NCBI RefSeq assembly: GCF_902459465.1
Contig: NC_047076.1
Span: 8,370,001 to 8,434,000, forward strand
DNA: 64,000 nucleotides
Source of the DNA: Asterias rubens
Lineage: Eukaryota
Direction: 5' to 3'
The translations under genes and the position numbers were made by a program. This document shows, one piece after another, positions 1 to 12,244 of this stretch (positions are counted from its first letter, which is position 1; every line of letters starts with the position of its first letter). The notes beneath the pieces are model-generated. The model was not told the origin of the DNA. It worked only from the letters and a program-made list of their open reading frames with translations, and made no database searches.

Positions 1-174
1 CGGTAGTCCGACCGAGTTCAAATTCCTCGTCAGCGTGAATCGCTGAGACGTCGGCGGGCCCTGTGTTGTCGATAGCCCGTGGTACCTGCCAGGTCGGTGC
101 GAGGTATGTTCCGTTCTTGTCCGTTGTGGCTGTAATGTTTTCCGGACAGTCGGTAAAAACTGGAGCTTCCAAAT
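1..174 (-). CDS. HYR domain exon 4 (truncated by window edge; frame not in the ORF track)
   Basis: Acceptor ttttttctgtaacag, then DLEAPVFTDCPENITATTDKNGTYLAPTWQVPRAIDNTGPADVSAIHADEEFELGRTT. Confidence 0.9.
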   Translation of the reverse strand, partial: MWKLQFLPTVRKTLQPQRTRTEHTSHRPGRYHGLSTTQGPPTSQRFTLTRNLNSVGLP

Positions 175-439
175 CTGTTACAGAAAAAAGCGAACCAGTG
201 TGTTAGATTCATTGTCAGCTCCTTATTCATTTCATCTGTAATTTTTCAGTGACTTGAGTAAGCATAATATTTATCTAATAATAGTGATAACATTAGCATC
301 TTAATATAGTGCTCATATCCGTCACTTAGTGACACGCATGGCGCTTCAACATTGTTGTAATTTATCCTTCGGGGTGTAATATGGAGCTAAATTTTAAAGT
401 ATGTGACCTTTCCCCCTTTACGTTGCACCATTATAATGG

Positions 440-829
440 TTAAAGGCAGTGGACACTATTGGTAATTGTCAAAGACTTGCCTTCGCAGTTGGTGTATCTC
501 AACATATGCATAAAATAACCAATCTGTGAAAATTTGAGCTCAATCGGTCATCGAATTTGCGAGATAATCATGAATGGAAAAAACACCCTTGTCACTCACA
601 CAAAGTCGTGTGCGTTTAGATGGTTGATTTCGAGACCTCAAGTTCTAACTCTGAGGTCTCGAAATCAAATTCGTGGAAAATTACTTCTTTCTCGAAAACT
701 ATGGCACTTCAGAGGGAGCCGTTTCTCACAATGTTTTATACCATCAACCTCTCCCCATTACTCGTCACCAAGTGAGGTTTATGCTAATAATTATTTTGAG
801 TAATTACCAATAGTGTCCACTGCCTTTAA
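440..829 (+). mobile_element. Kolobok/T2-type MITE family A (young copy)
   Basis: TTAA at both ends; perfect TIR AGGCAGTGGACACTATTGGTAATT. Many dispersed copies in the window. Confidence 0.9.
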
Positions 830-851
830 CAACGTGGCTCAACAGTCAATC

Positions 852-1032
852 AAACCACGAACACTGGGCAACCCATTTTTCGATCAGTGCACTGTGCGTT
901 CTTTTAAATGCATTACACAACACACGGGACCTACGGCTTTACGTCCCATACGAAGGACGCAGCGATAATGGTCAAGTGGCTCTGCTAATCAGAAACACCG
1001 GTCCAGTGCTCTTATCCACTCGGCCACGACAC
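852..1032 (-). mobile_element. tRNA-derived Deu-domain SINE, internally deleted
   Basis: Minus strand has a head GTCGTGGCCGAGTGGATAAGAGCACTGG followed by GGGACGTAAAGCCGTAGGTCCCGTGTGTTGTGTAATGCA..AAAAGAAC, shared with 62360-62771. Confidence 0.7.
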
Positions 1033-1203
1033 ACCAGGGCAATTTTATGGCGTTTATTGACAGAAAGTCGTTATAGTTGCTAACGCTAAAGAAACTTACT
1101 GGAAATTTTACTCACTATATAAAATACTTTAATGAGAAACTTCTCCAACGAAACGAACAAATCACACACACAACTAAGTGGGAAAAAAGGTTACATTCCT
1201 TAC

Positions 1204-1428
1204 CGATTAGTGTAACAATAAAACTACACTCGCTGGTCAAACCTACATCATCTACAGCGGTATAAGTCACCATTGTACGACCCACTGGAAATATGTCCCC
1301 CGATGTCCTATCAGAATAGAAACTGACCAGTTGACCGTTGTCTTTAGCTGTGGGCATTGTCCACTCTGGTTGACCGGTGGTGATGGTTATGTCATCCGGG
1401 CAGTTTTCAATCACCGGTGGGGTTCCAT
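1204..1428 (-). CDS. HYR domain exon 3
   Basis: DGTPPVIENCPDDIT...WTMPTAKDNG...FPVGRTMVTYTAVDDVGLTSECSFIVTLI. 225 nt, phase 1-1, donor G|GTAAGG. Confidence 0.93.
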
Positions 1429-1482
1429 CTGATGAAAGGGAAACATTTTTATCATTCTTAACAGCCAAAGTAACTCTATAGT

Positions 1483-1620
1483 ACTACAGGGAGTCATGGG
1501 TTCGATTCCCGCCAGGGTAATATGCCTGTTGAATTTGTTTTCTCTGCATGACCACATATCGATGTGTAGAGCAACATGTGTATATTGAGAGATTGGTTAT
1601 TGTTAAGACCTCCTTTGTTT
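1483..1620 (+). mobile_element. 5'-truncated tRNA-derived SINE remnant
   Basis: B box GGGTTCGATTCCC followed by sequence resembling the tail at 43280-43370. Confidence 0.45.
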
Positions 1621-1877
1621 CATATCGGCAAAATGGGGCTAATATCTACTTTCAGGATCTATGATCCCATTTTTTGTGCCAGTATTTTTATAATTTTTGA
1701 AAATCTAATTAAAGTATTTCATCAAATCTTCCCCAGAAGAGCATACTGATCGAGTTGTAAACCTCCGTTTCTTTTCAGAACCACCACAACTCAATTAGAG
1801 ATTACCATTACATGGTGTTACCCCCAAACCTTACTAGATCGTTAATTCCACCATGCAATGTTTCAAATCCTACAAAC

Positions 1878-2117
1878 CTATAACATTGACTTTAAATGAA
1901 CATCTTGCAGTGTTGCCCGACTGATCCGTCGCCGCGTATCGCACCGGTGTGGTACCGATATGAAACGGCTGCCCACTGTATGTCGAACTAAGTCTGGGGA
2001 TCCCAGCGTTGTCAGTCGCCTTGGGCTTGCTCCACGGCGGGACCACGAATTCCCCATTGATGTCGGTGACTACCTCAATGTTCCCTGGGCAATCGTCAAA
2101 TTTCGGCCGCTCCAAGT
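1878..2117 (-). CDS. HYR domain exon 2
   Basis: DLERPKFDDCPGNIEV...WSKPKATDNAG...FHIGTTPVRYAATDQSGNTARCSFKVNVI. 240 nt, phase 1-1, AG/GT. Confidence 0.93.
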
Positions 2118-2423
2118 CTGTTGAGTAAAACATTTTTTTGAGTCTGTAGTGTTAGCCATTAATTGTTTGTAGATAACGTTAAATTATTTCTGTGACGTCA
2201 CTTTATTGACGAAGTAGACTATTTCCACGAATTTACACTTAACTGTAGATTCATTGCAAACTAAAGTGGCAGTTCAACTTGAACGACTGTCCTTCAAAAC
2301 TGAAAGATATCACGATGTGCAGAACATACGTAAAACATAATTATCTCAAAATTTCCCAAAACATTTTCCAGTTTAACTCCTGATATAAACCAATGCCTTA
2401 CTCCTACATGTCTACAATGGAGC

Positions 2424-2820
2424 TTGAAGGCGCTGGACACAGTTAGTTATTACTCAAACGAATTGTTAGCATACCATCTTACTTGGTAAACGAGGAATGG
2501 TTAGCATTACATCTTAGTTGGTACACGAGGAATGGAGAGCTATTGATAATACACAAATTTGTGAGAAACGGCTCCCTCTGAAGTAATGTAGTTTTGGAAA
2601 AAAACAAGGTAATTTGTCACCCGATTATTCTTAAAAGACTTCAGACCTGAAGCCTTTTATTAGGTAATTATGAAAGCACACGAATTTGTGCAACAAGGGG
2701 TTTTTTTTCTTGCATTATTCTCTTGCAAACTTGATGAGCATTGGGTCAAAATTTGCAAAGATTTGTTGTTTTATGCATAATGAGAATACTAGTCTTTGAC
2801 AATTACCAAAGGTATCATGC
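2424..2820 (-). mobile_element. Degenerate family A MITE
   Basis: Recognisable internal blocks (TGTGAGAAACGGCTCCCTCTGAAGTAA, CTTTGACAATTACCAA). Its end is interrupted by the next element. Confidence 0.75.
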
Positions 2821-2987
2821 CGTCAATTTCACCCAACTCTTACTAAACTTAGGATTAATCTTAGGACTTAGGACGAGCTATGTTCCGTAACCATAAACGT
2901 TGGGACACATTGAACACATCAGTTAGGAGGAGTAATACTCGTCTAACTCCAGATAGGATTAATCATAGCGTTTCATGAAATCAGCTG
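2820..2987. mobile_element. Degenerate Harbinger-like MITE (TTAGGAC-repeat family)
   Basis: CCGTCAATTTCAC start and TTAGGAC/GTCCTAAC motifs as in 56088-56254 and 59620-59780. Confidence 0.55.
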
Positions 2988-3013
2988 AAAACAGCCACCT
3001 TGAAAAAACTCAC

Positions 3014-3265
3014 CTTTGACGGTTACTTTGAACGAGCAAGTCTCCTCTTTTCCGTCGTCATCAGCGTTGCCAATAACTGAATAAATAACTTCATGCACGC
3101 CATATCTGAACCATGAATTCGGTTCGTAGTTACTGACGATTTCCACTGTGCTGTTGGGGTCGTTTTCTATAAAGTGGGTCGTGGGGCTTCTCCATGACAC
3201 CAGCGCATCCGACCGGCCTCGTGCCGTTTTCCTCACGATATCTCCCGGACATGTTAGACCAAGAG
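3014..3265 (-). CDS. HYR domain exon 1
   Basis: ALGLTCPGDIVRKTARGRSDALVSWRSP...FRYGVHEVIYSV...EETCSFKVTVK. AG/GT boundaries, 252 nt, phase 1-1, typical HYR C-P-x-D ... W ... F-x-x-G ... C-x-F-x-V pattern. Confidence 0.9.
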
Positions 3266-3721
3266 CTATAGCGGAATAGAAAAAATGTCAAATTATGGGT
3301 TTGCAGACGTAGGTTCGTATCCCAACTTTGAACTAAATAAAGTCTGAAATAATGATTGGATCTTTAAGTAACAAGTATTGATGTAAACTTCCAACTTGGT
3401 TTTCATCTTGAGGTCAACGTCTCAATACCTTTTCGTTTTCTATAAACTTCTTCTAAATTCTCCTCACAATTTGTATAACCCTTAAACGTGAGCGCTTGTA
3501 ACAACACCCTTTTGGTATGATGGTATCACTACAAAGTCATTGCTCATTTGATTTGTTTAGCTGTTTTATCCAATATGAGCCACACACAAGTAGAACCTTC
3601 CTTCATTTTGTGTAAATATCTGGAGTTACTTCCACAAATGAGTGAAATTACTTTTTCCGCAATTTCGTTCAAAACAGACACTTTTAGTTGTCTGGAATAC
3701 GATTGTTTTGTTAAAACTTAC

Positions 3722-3751
3722 CGGGAGCTGTGACTGTCTCTGGTACGGTAT
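3722..3751 (-). CDS. 30-nt microexon of the HYR gene (DTVPETVTAP stalk)
   Basis: Pyrimidine-rich acceptor (tgtttgtgttgttgcag) and donor G|GTAAGT. Phase 1-1, keeps frame between the flanking exons. Confidence 0.7.
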
Positions 3752-4481
3752 CTGCAACAACACAAACACAGGAAAAATAATGATTCAACAACATTAGAAA
3801 GGATAGATTTGAATTGATCCATATAGTATAATCGCTCTTCAATACGCCTTTTTGGGGTATATGGCGGACGTGTTTACTGTTGGTTTGGGTGTTTACACAC
3901 AAATTTACCCAAACCTTATATTATAGTGTTGATGTCCGCCATATCTCAAAAAGGCTTATTGCGTTTGGTTAATTTATTTTCATCTTAATGTGATATTTGT
4001 AAATATTTATCAAGGTACTTTTCTGTCGGCATTGTTCATTTTGCTCAGAAATTTGAAATAAAAAGTAAACGTTTTGGTGCGGGTTGACCATCTTCATTCA
4101 GTTTCTCCAACTTTAGTAATGCCATATATAGTAAAGGTTTGCAAAAACACCATGTAATGATAATCTCTAAATGAGTTGGGTTGGTTCTGAAAAGAACTGT
4201 TGGTTTCAACTCGTAACGCCATTTGCTGGGCCTAGTTGTACCACTCTGTCTAAAGTCTTGCACAGTTGTATTGCCACCGTTATATACACGTATTAAATAG
4301 TACTTTTGTCTTCAGGCCCTTTACTGTTAGCCTGTAGGCACTTGTATTTGTACTGCTCGAGCACCAACCAACCACCCTTAGGTTTACGTCTAATAAACTT
4401 GTATATCCGGCTGAGTAAACCAACGTAAACGTATAAACGTAAACGAGTATAAACGGCCACTCTTTTTTAAATATTGTTTAC

Positions 4482-4659
4482 CTGCTTCTGTAACTGCCAT
4501 AATTATACCGCCAACCAGTGTTGCCATGATTCCAACCATGACCAGTGTCATAGCGCCCGCTACGAGGATCCGTTTGCAAGACTTTTCTCCCAGGTCTATC
4601 GTTTCGTCATCACGACGTTTGAAATTGGAATGGAACTGGGCGGGTGGTCGCCCGTGCAT
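4482..4659 (-). CDS. HYR-repeat membrane protein, first coding exon (cytoplasmic N-terminus + hydrophobic signal anchor)
   Basis: ATG at 4659. Reads MHGRPPAQFHSNFKRRDDETIDLGEKSCKR-ILVAGAMTLVMVGIMATLVGGIIMAV-TEA. Phase-1 donor G|GTAAAC at 4481; candidate acceptors near 4673/4680. An upstream coding exon is not excluded because the frame is open back to the acceptor. Confidence 0.75.
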
Positions 4660-5300
4660 AGCGAGGAGTCTACTGCTCACTAAATTGGAAATATGCCTGA
4701 GAACAAGAAACAGTATATTGTGCAATTTTAAAGTACCGGTATTTTGATTTGCATATAGCCAAGGTTTTACACAGTTCTTTATGAGTTGACTCGTTTTAAT
4801 TATAAAAGAACTGAATAATATTGCAAACTTTTCATGCACTCGTGACATTATTCTTTCATCCTGATAAGACTATACCCATAAAATATAGTTATATTCGCAA
4901 TCAATTTTACTGCACATCTTTCTCATAAAAACGAAAGCGAATATTTCAGTGGACAATTTCTGAGCAAAAATATACAGATTGTGCTCTGGCTAATGTTCTT
5001 GCAGCTGTGCATGCTTTGTGAAATTGTAATGTTTTCACTATAAACCCTACCAAAAAGAAAGGCATTATATATGCAGTCATGAAATTAAAATTTCAAAGTA
5101 TTTAACGTACTGTTTTAAGAGAGCTCCCTTTTCGACAATGTTATGAACTGGATCTGGTTTTGATATCTTTTCGCCCTGTGGACAGTTTGAGAAGGACAAA
5201 ATCAGAAAGTTTCATTAGTATAAACATCAGTATCAAGATACCAATCGCCATGCTCATTGTTCAAACAAACATTGCTATAAATGACAAGAAATTTGAATTT

Positions 5301-5495
5301 ATCGTGTACGACACGATTAGTTTTGATTTATCGTGTACGTCCACGATAATACGTTTTGACTGAAAGTGTACATACACGATTAGTTAGCAGGTGCGTACAC
5401 GATAAGTTTTGATGTAGCGTGTACGGACACGATAAGTTTTGATTGATCGTGTACGTACATGCTAAATTATCGTGTATGTACATGTACGAGAAAGT
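5301..5495. repeat. Degenerate ~23-33 bp tandem array of palindromes
   Basis: About 7 units of ATCGTGTAC(GT)ACACGAT separated by a mostly conserved AAGTTTTGATT linker. Confidence 0.8.
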
Positions 5496-6488
5496 TTTGG
5501 ACTGCCTAGATATATTTGTTTTATTCATGTGACAGCCAGAGCGTGTAACTGGGTAAGAATTCTCAGCCACAGGCCTGTGATTCTGACGACAACCCTCCTT
5601 TAAAGTTGTGATAATTTAAGCAAAACAAACCTTTTCTTTTTCGGTGGATTGGTAACAAACCCATCTCAGTATTAATTGAGATTTTGGATGATTATTTTCA
5701 ACCGACCAATGCTGCTTCCAATGTTCTTCAATATGCCTTGAAGAAAGGTCTTTCGGATTTCCAGCCAATTTGGACCGCCATAAAGCCAGATTGAATTTCG
5801 AAATTAATACCAGAGCCAAATTATGGACTGAACGTAACCCTCTAAATGGATAAAACAGATTTCATGGATGCTTTGCATTGGTGAACGAAAATTTCCAACG
5901 ACAAAACACATTTTAAACACGTATTGAAATAAAATAAAATAAAATAAAGCACTGCGAAATGTGCTTGGTGGTACTAAATAAATGTTCTAACTTTGGAAAA
6001 AACACAACTGATATTTTTTAGCATGTACATATGCTGCATAGGCCTTGAGGGCTCATACAAATACAACATATTGGGATTTAAAAAAAAATGTATTTTTTGT
6101 CACACGAACCAAATGCATTGCCAAAGATGTGAGCAACCATGAAAAATGTATTGCGGTGGTGAATTATTCCAAAAGGTATGTTTTTAAGCAGTATATTTAT
6201 GTAATGTTCTCCAATGGTAAATTTAGATATGCTAAAGAGCATTTTAGAATTATGAAAAAATTGTAATATTCAAAAAAATTACTTGCTGTCATAACACACG
6301 AACCAATTGATTATGCTGACCTAGACCTTACAAAATTTAACACTGTCAATGATCGACACGTGTTATGTACATGTCGACACCTAAAGAAATTATGTTAAAT
6401 TACTCTTATCCAATAAGTGAACATTATGGGTGGGACAAATCTTAGACAACGATGTGTGATGGAGTGCCACATCAAGCTTTAATTGTCG

Positions 6489-6855
6489 TTAAAGGCATGG
6501 ACACTATTGGTAATTACTGAAAATAATTGTTAGCATAACAACTTACTTGGTGTATATCAAGCAATGGAGAGTTGTTGTTAGTATAAAACATTGTGAGAAA
6601 CGACTCCCTCTGAAGTAACGTAGATTTCGAGAAAGAAGTACTTTTCAATGAATTTGATTTCGATACCACAGAATTAGATTTTGAGCATCAAGCATCAGAA
6701 GCACACAACTTTGTATTTTTTCTCCCATTATTATCTCGCAACTTCGACGACCAATTGAGTTGAAACTTTCACAGGTTTGTTATTTTGTGCATTATGTGAC
6801 CACACCAAGTGAGAAGACTGGTCTTCGACATTTATCAATAGTGTCCAGTGCCTTT
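6489..6855 (-). mobile_element. Family A MITE
   Basis: TTAAAGGCATGGACACTATTGG ... ATCAATAGTGTCCAGTGCCTTT. Confidence 0.85.
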
Positions 6856-7599
6856 GGTTTGTTTAACCATTCGATTATTCGAATACTGATATAGGCCTAC
6901 ATGTTGATATATGCCTGTACAATAAAAACCAACCCGTGAAAATTTCATTATTGGAATGGAAGTGTTTGCTTGATCAATTGTGCACGACCATCATGATATG
7001 CAGCCTAGAAAAGAGACATGCCCTAAATTTAACACATTGACATTTATTCGATAACACAGCATTCAATATTAATGCAAGATTTTTTATTTAAACGCCACCG
7101 ATCATAGGATTAAAGTGAAGGAATGTCATTCCAGTGAGGTTTGTGGAGATACCAGTATGCTCTCATCATCTTCTTCAGTAGAATTTTCATTCGTTTTTTT
7201 TCTATATGGTGGAATCCTTTAGTTTGATTTGAAGACAATGACATATCAAGACCATCTAATTAGCGAAGGTCATCGGGCGTCTAATAAACACGTTCCATGC
7301 ATCTCTTGTTTTATTTAATCAATTTGTTATCAAGTAATGTTTGTTTGTTGAATTTACTCGATCATTGAAATAATCAAATTATAATATTGTCTTATACGTT
7401 TTCCAATGTGGGAATTGTCTGGCGGGTCAGATGGACAGCCTGAGTCAAATATGACAAACCACTGCGTCCTTCGAATGGGGTGTGAAGCTGTGAGTTTCGT
7501 ATTTTGTGTTGTCACACAATAAAACCCTCGTGAATGGAGTACACCAAGCCAATTAGTCATTCAAATACTAACTAAGCCATTTATCAAAGTGTAATGACC

Positions 7600-7792
7600 C
7601 AGGCCCAATTTCATAAAGCCTGTAAGCACAGAAACTTGATAAGCAAAGGAAAACCTTGATTAGCAAAAAACAGGTTACCAGCCAACATTCCATTGAGTAT
7701 GCATTCGTATGACTGGTGCCTCACTAATTTTTTGCTTAGCAAATACATTTGGTAAGCAGTAATTTGTGAAAGCTCTATGAAATTTGGCCCCG
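7600..7792. mobile_element. Harbinger-like MITE (GGGCCAATTTCATA family)
   Basis: TIR GGCCCAATTTCATAAAGC ... GCTCTATGAAATTTGGCCC, related to 55656-55899. Confidence 0.7.
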
Positions 7793-8291
7793 TGAGTTTT
7801 CATTGATATCTCAAATTGGATAATACCACTAATAGGTGGTATTAAAACGTATTCAATGCCACATACATTTACCACGGTAATAGACACAGACACCATTGCG
7901 AAAGAGAAGTTAGACTTTCCCCATCCGTTTTGAAATGGCGCATCAAAATAGTTTTATCGTTAATGCGTTAATGTAAAGGGGTTGTTGATAAAGATGCTCT
8001 CTTCATTTTGTATTGTCTTTAAAGGGAACGATTATCTTTGGGTTTTTTTTCCTTCATTTATTTGATTGTACTAATTCAACAGTCTACGTCAAATCTATTG
8101 TTATTACGTTGAAGAAAAAACCCCACATCTAAGACCCTCCTTTAATATCGGGGAAGTTCTTTTCAACAACATTGAAGGACACATTCAAATGAGCGCATCA
8201 TGTAGTATACATGATAATATTCATACAGACGGTCGCAATAACTCATGTGTAAAAGTCAACAATTATTTGCTCGTAGATACAAGCCGTTTCA

Positions 8292-8676
8292 TTAAAGGTA
8301 GTGTACACTTTTGGTAATTGTCAAAGACCAGTCTTCTCACTTGCTGTATCTCAGCATATGCATAAATTAACAAACCTGTGAAAATTTGAGCTCGATTGGT
8401 CGTCGGAGTTGCGAGATAACTATGAAAGAAAAAACACCCTTGTCACACGAGGTTGTGTGCTTTCAGATGCTTGATTTCGAGACCTCAAATTCGAAACTTG
8501 AGGTCTCGAAATCAAATTCGTGGAAATCTACTTCTTTCTCGAAAACTACTCCACTTCAGAGGGAGCCGTTTCTCACAATGTTTTATACTACCAACCTCTC
8601 CCCATTGCTCGTTACCAAGTAAGGTTTTATGCTAATTTTTCTTTTGAGTAATTACCAGTAGTGTCCACTGCTTTAA
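8292..8676 (+). mobile_element. Family A MITE
   Basis: TTAA at both ends, near-perfect TIRs. Confidence 0.9.
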
Positions 8677-9499
8677 GAGTTGCAAAGCATAATGGGAGTG
8701 GATGGGAGCAAGGACACGTGTAAGGTTGAGTGATTCAAATAAACACGGTAACACTGCGACTTTCACATGCGGTTTATTAACGATGTGCAGATTGTATGCT
8801 TTATTTATGAGCTTATAACGAATTGTTTGAAATATTTCAAACAACCGTTGAGTTTATTCATCAAATCTGACATTTCTCTTTGTGGTATGTCATGCTTGAT
8901 TGCAAGAAACATCATTAGTTTATTAAAAACAAACGTTGAATGTGTCAATGCTCGTTAAAGTTCCCTAGCACACTCGACTGTGTATGTTTAAAGTTGCATT
9001 TTTTTTCAACTTCAAACATTCAATGTTTAATGGAATGTTTAAAACAGTCTTCCGGTTTTACTTTAAATTGAACTTACTGAACTGATCAAGTCTTCCAGTT
9101 TTACTTTTTTTATTGGCCATATCGTATTGGTTAAGTACCTTGCATGGATTATTAACAACTGAGGACTAATAACAAAATAACGCATTCTCTTCAGATTAAA
9201 AATGAACCAGTTTATTGACTGATTCGATCATTGTCTGTACCTTAATGTGTTTTTGAACGTATGTTTTTAACTAGTCAACTTAACATTAAAACATAACAAT
9301 TTACCCCAATGTCCAAATAGGGATTGTTCATTCCACAGTGCCAACATGAACAAAAACACCCATGTATGCTTACCGATTTGGGTCAAGAAAAACCTGATAA
9401 GACGGAACTAATGAAGTAAATACACGAGCATTGCCTTCAAGCTTGACGTTCAAACCCCGGAACATCAAGGTTAAAAAAGACCATTTTAATGTCACAACG

Positions 9500-10161
9500 C
9501 AAAAAACACCTTTGGTAATTGTCAAAGACCAGGGAAGGATTTCACAAAGAGCTAAGCCTAATCTTATCTCGAGTCAAAACGAGTTCTCGTCCTAAATTAG
9601 GAAAAGCCGGAAGTTTTTAATAACTCCTATAATGTTTTTCTGTGTAATTTTTTTATATTTATCTTAAGTTCACTTCTGTAGATTGTTATTAGCTGGGATC
9701 CATGGGAGATCAGTGAGGTTTTCGTTCTGAGTGGATTTCCCAGGATAAACAATAACTAAATAAATAAAATAAAATAAATAAATAAAAAAGAGTCCTAGGA
9801 CTATAGTCCTATACGTTATATCTCTGTGAAATCGACCTCTTTATTCTCACTTATGTGTTTCCCAACATGCATACAATTACAAATCTGTGAACAGTTGGAC
9901 TCCTTTGGTCATCGAAGTTGCAAGAGAACGATGAAAGAAAATCACACTTGTTGTGTAAACTTGTGTGGTTTCAGATGCCAAATAAAATCACATCAGGCCT
10001 GAAGCCTTATATTATTTGCGTAAAAAATTACCTCTTTCTAAATAACTACGTTATTTCAGGAGGAGCCGTTTTACAATGTTTTTAACTATCAACAACTCCC
10101 CAAGGAAGTTTTTATGCTAATAATTATTTTGAGTAATCACCGATAGTGTCTATGGCTTTAA
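9500..10161 (+). mobile_element. Family A MITE split by a Harbinger-like insertion (9533-9837)
   Basis: Host breaks after GTCAAAGACCAG and resumes at TTCTCACTT. Insert has GGAAGGATTTCACAAAG ... CTGTGAAATCGACC ends. Confidence 0.75.
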
Positions 10162-10891
10162 AGATGCTATGTCAGATTTTTGGCCGATTTGACCCAAATT
10201 TTTGATTTAAAATTCAATAGGTATTTTGATTGGGTAGGTATTTTGATTGGGGTCGAGAAAGTTACAATTTTTCATTTGAGCCTTTGCGCGAAAAAGTGCG
10301 CCAATTATTAGTAGCAGTGAAATAAAGTGCTCAAAGTTTTTGTCGGGATCCCGACAATTTATCACGTGACCAATTCGTATGTGTTTTTTAAGAACCGTTT
10401 TAATGTTTGTCATGGTTCCTGAACATTAAAGGCAGTGGACACTTTTGGTAATTACTCAAAATAATTATTAGCATAAAACCTTTCTTGGTGACGAGTAATG
10501 GGGAGAGGTTGACGGTAAAAAACAGTGTTAGAAACGGCTCCCTCTGAAGTGGAATAGTTTTCGATAAAGAAGTAATTTTCCACGAATTTGATTTCGAGAC
10601 ATCAAGTTTAGAACTTGAGGTCTCGAAATCAACCATCTAAACGCACACAACTTTGTGTTTTTTCTTTCATTATTATCTCGCAAGTTTGATGACCCATTTA
10701 GCTCAAATTTTCACAGGTTTGTTATTTAATGCATATGTTGAGATATACCAACTGTGAAGGCTAGTCTTTGACAATTACCAATAGTGTCCACTGCCTTTAA
10801 AAGTAAGTTAGAGCGGGTGGTACTGTTTGAAATACCATTCACTAAAAAAAAATGTTTTAATGTTTGGGGCCAAAAATCTGACATAGCATCT
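10162..10891. mobile_element. Kolobok-type MITE family B with a family A copy nested inside
   Basis: Perfect TIR AGATGCTATGTCAGATTTTTGGCC, flanked by TTAA/TCAA. Confidence 0.85.
10426..10800 (-). mobile_element. Family A MITE (nested, young)
   Basis: TTAA TSD on both sides, TIR intact. Confidence 0.9.
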
Positions 10892-12244
10892 TCAACCGAA
10901 ATACACACAAATGTCATCACACACCACGGAAAACACTGCTCTTACTGAACAATCGGTACTAAAAAAAATCCCCAAATAACCTAATTTATAACCTATCAGT
11001 AAAACAAAATCATGTAAGGGCCCTGTTAATTAAACTGCTGAGCAAAGTGTTCATTTTAAGTTTTTTTTCGCATCTGATGACGCACAATAGTAAAATACAA
11101 AATATGCATTAAGGTTTAACATTGAAAAAGAAAAGAAATTTGACAAACAGCACCATATTAAAAGCACCCTAAAAATGTGATATCAAAGAACAAATTCTTA
11201 TGGCAACATTGACTACTCATCTTACGATGCATCCAGCCACAAGCAATCTCTAAGCTGATATATCCCCATGTCTGCTCATCAGCTAAAGTAAATGCTTAGC
11301 GCATCTTTATGCTCAACAGCTCCATGAGGGTCCAGTCATAACACTTACCCCATCCATTGTGAAACTCTCTCCCGTTCAATACATCTCATCTCCTTGATGG
11401 GGGAGTAACTCGAATCTACATCCACTAGTTTCCTCTGTCTTACTAACATATGTGCCGGAGAGCGTGCAGAACGATTGATGCTGGGACCGGGCAGTGATCC
11501 GTGGTGTGTTCACCACGCTCGTTATTAAAGGTCTCCTTCTGCTCTGGTCATGCTCTAGTCATTTTCTATAATTCCAGAGATTGTGTGGAAGAATGCAGTT
11601 CTTGGAACGGTTTACAGATGACGTCATGGGGTCTTGTGATCCTCAGAATTGGTTGTCGTTGACTATTTTTTTGCGTTCGTAGTAAGTCTTCGGAGAATAA
11701 CATACATATTTTTGGTCAAGACGAAAGTTTCTAAAAACTGTCATAATAATGTCATACCCATTAAAGCCTCTACGAACAAGAGTTAAAAACTCTTAAAACA
11801 AATATGTTTTCCCCAAATTCAGACAACTTTAACAAAAAAGAAAGTAGGCTGGCCCCGTTTGTATCCATAAACACGATTGATACAGGATAGCCTCGACATT
11901 GAAGATGGTGTGATTTGGCGCAGGTGTTTCATTCAATGCAATGGTTCGTTTATACTAAAAAGGAAGTCCATGAATGTGTCATGAGAAATATGTTATTTCC
12001 TTATCCAGTCGAGCCTTTGATTATGATTGTCTTTGAGCGATAATTAAAATAGATCGTGGAGTTGCTTTATATACGTCATACGATTCGGAGAATATAGACC
12101 AAAGATATCCCAAATGCGCATTATCAGCGCGCAAAGTACTCTGCGTGAAATCTGATTCCACCATCGTCAACTATATTCATAGCGCTGATTTTGAAGTAAC
12201 GCATGACACAACTATAACATCTGGTGCTATAAAAAATAGATAAA

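Noticed and set aside
30-230. 66-aa minus ORF in the ORF track
   Set aside because: Wrong frame; the true HYR exon starts at the acceptor at 175 in another frame.
5301-5495. CRISPR-like look of the palindromic repeats
   Set aside because: Linkers are short and near-constant rather than unique spacers, the context is eukaryotic, and there are no cas genes.
11560-11680. Possible LINE RT C-terminus (SWNGL..DDVM)
   Set aside because: Needs a frameshift and the match is too short to call.
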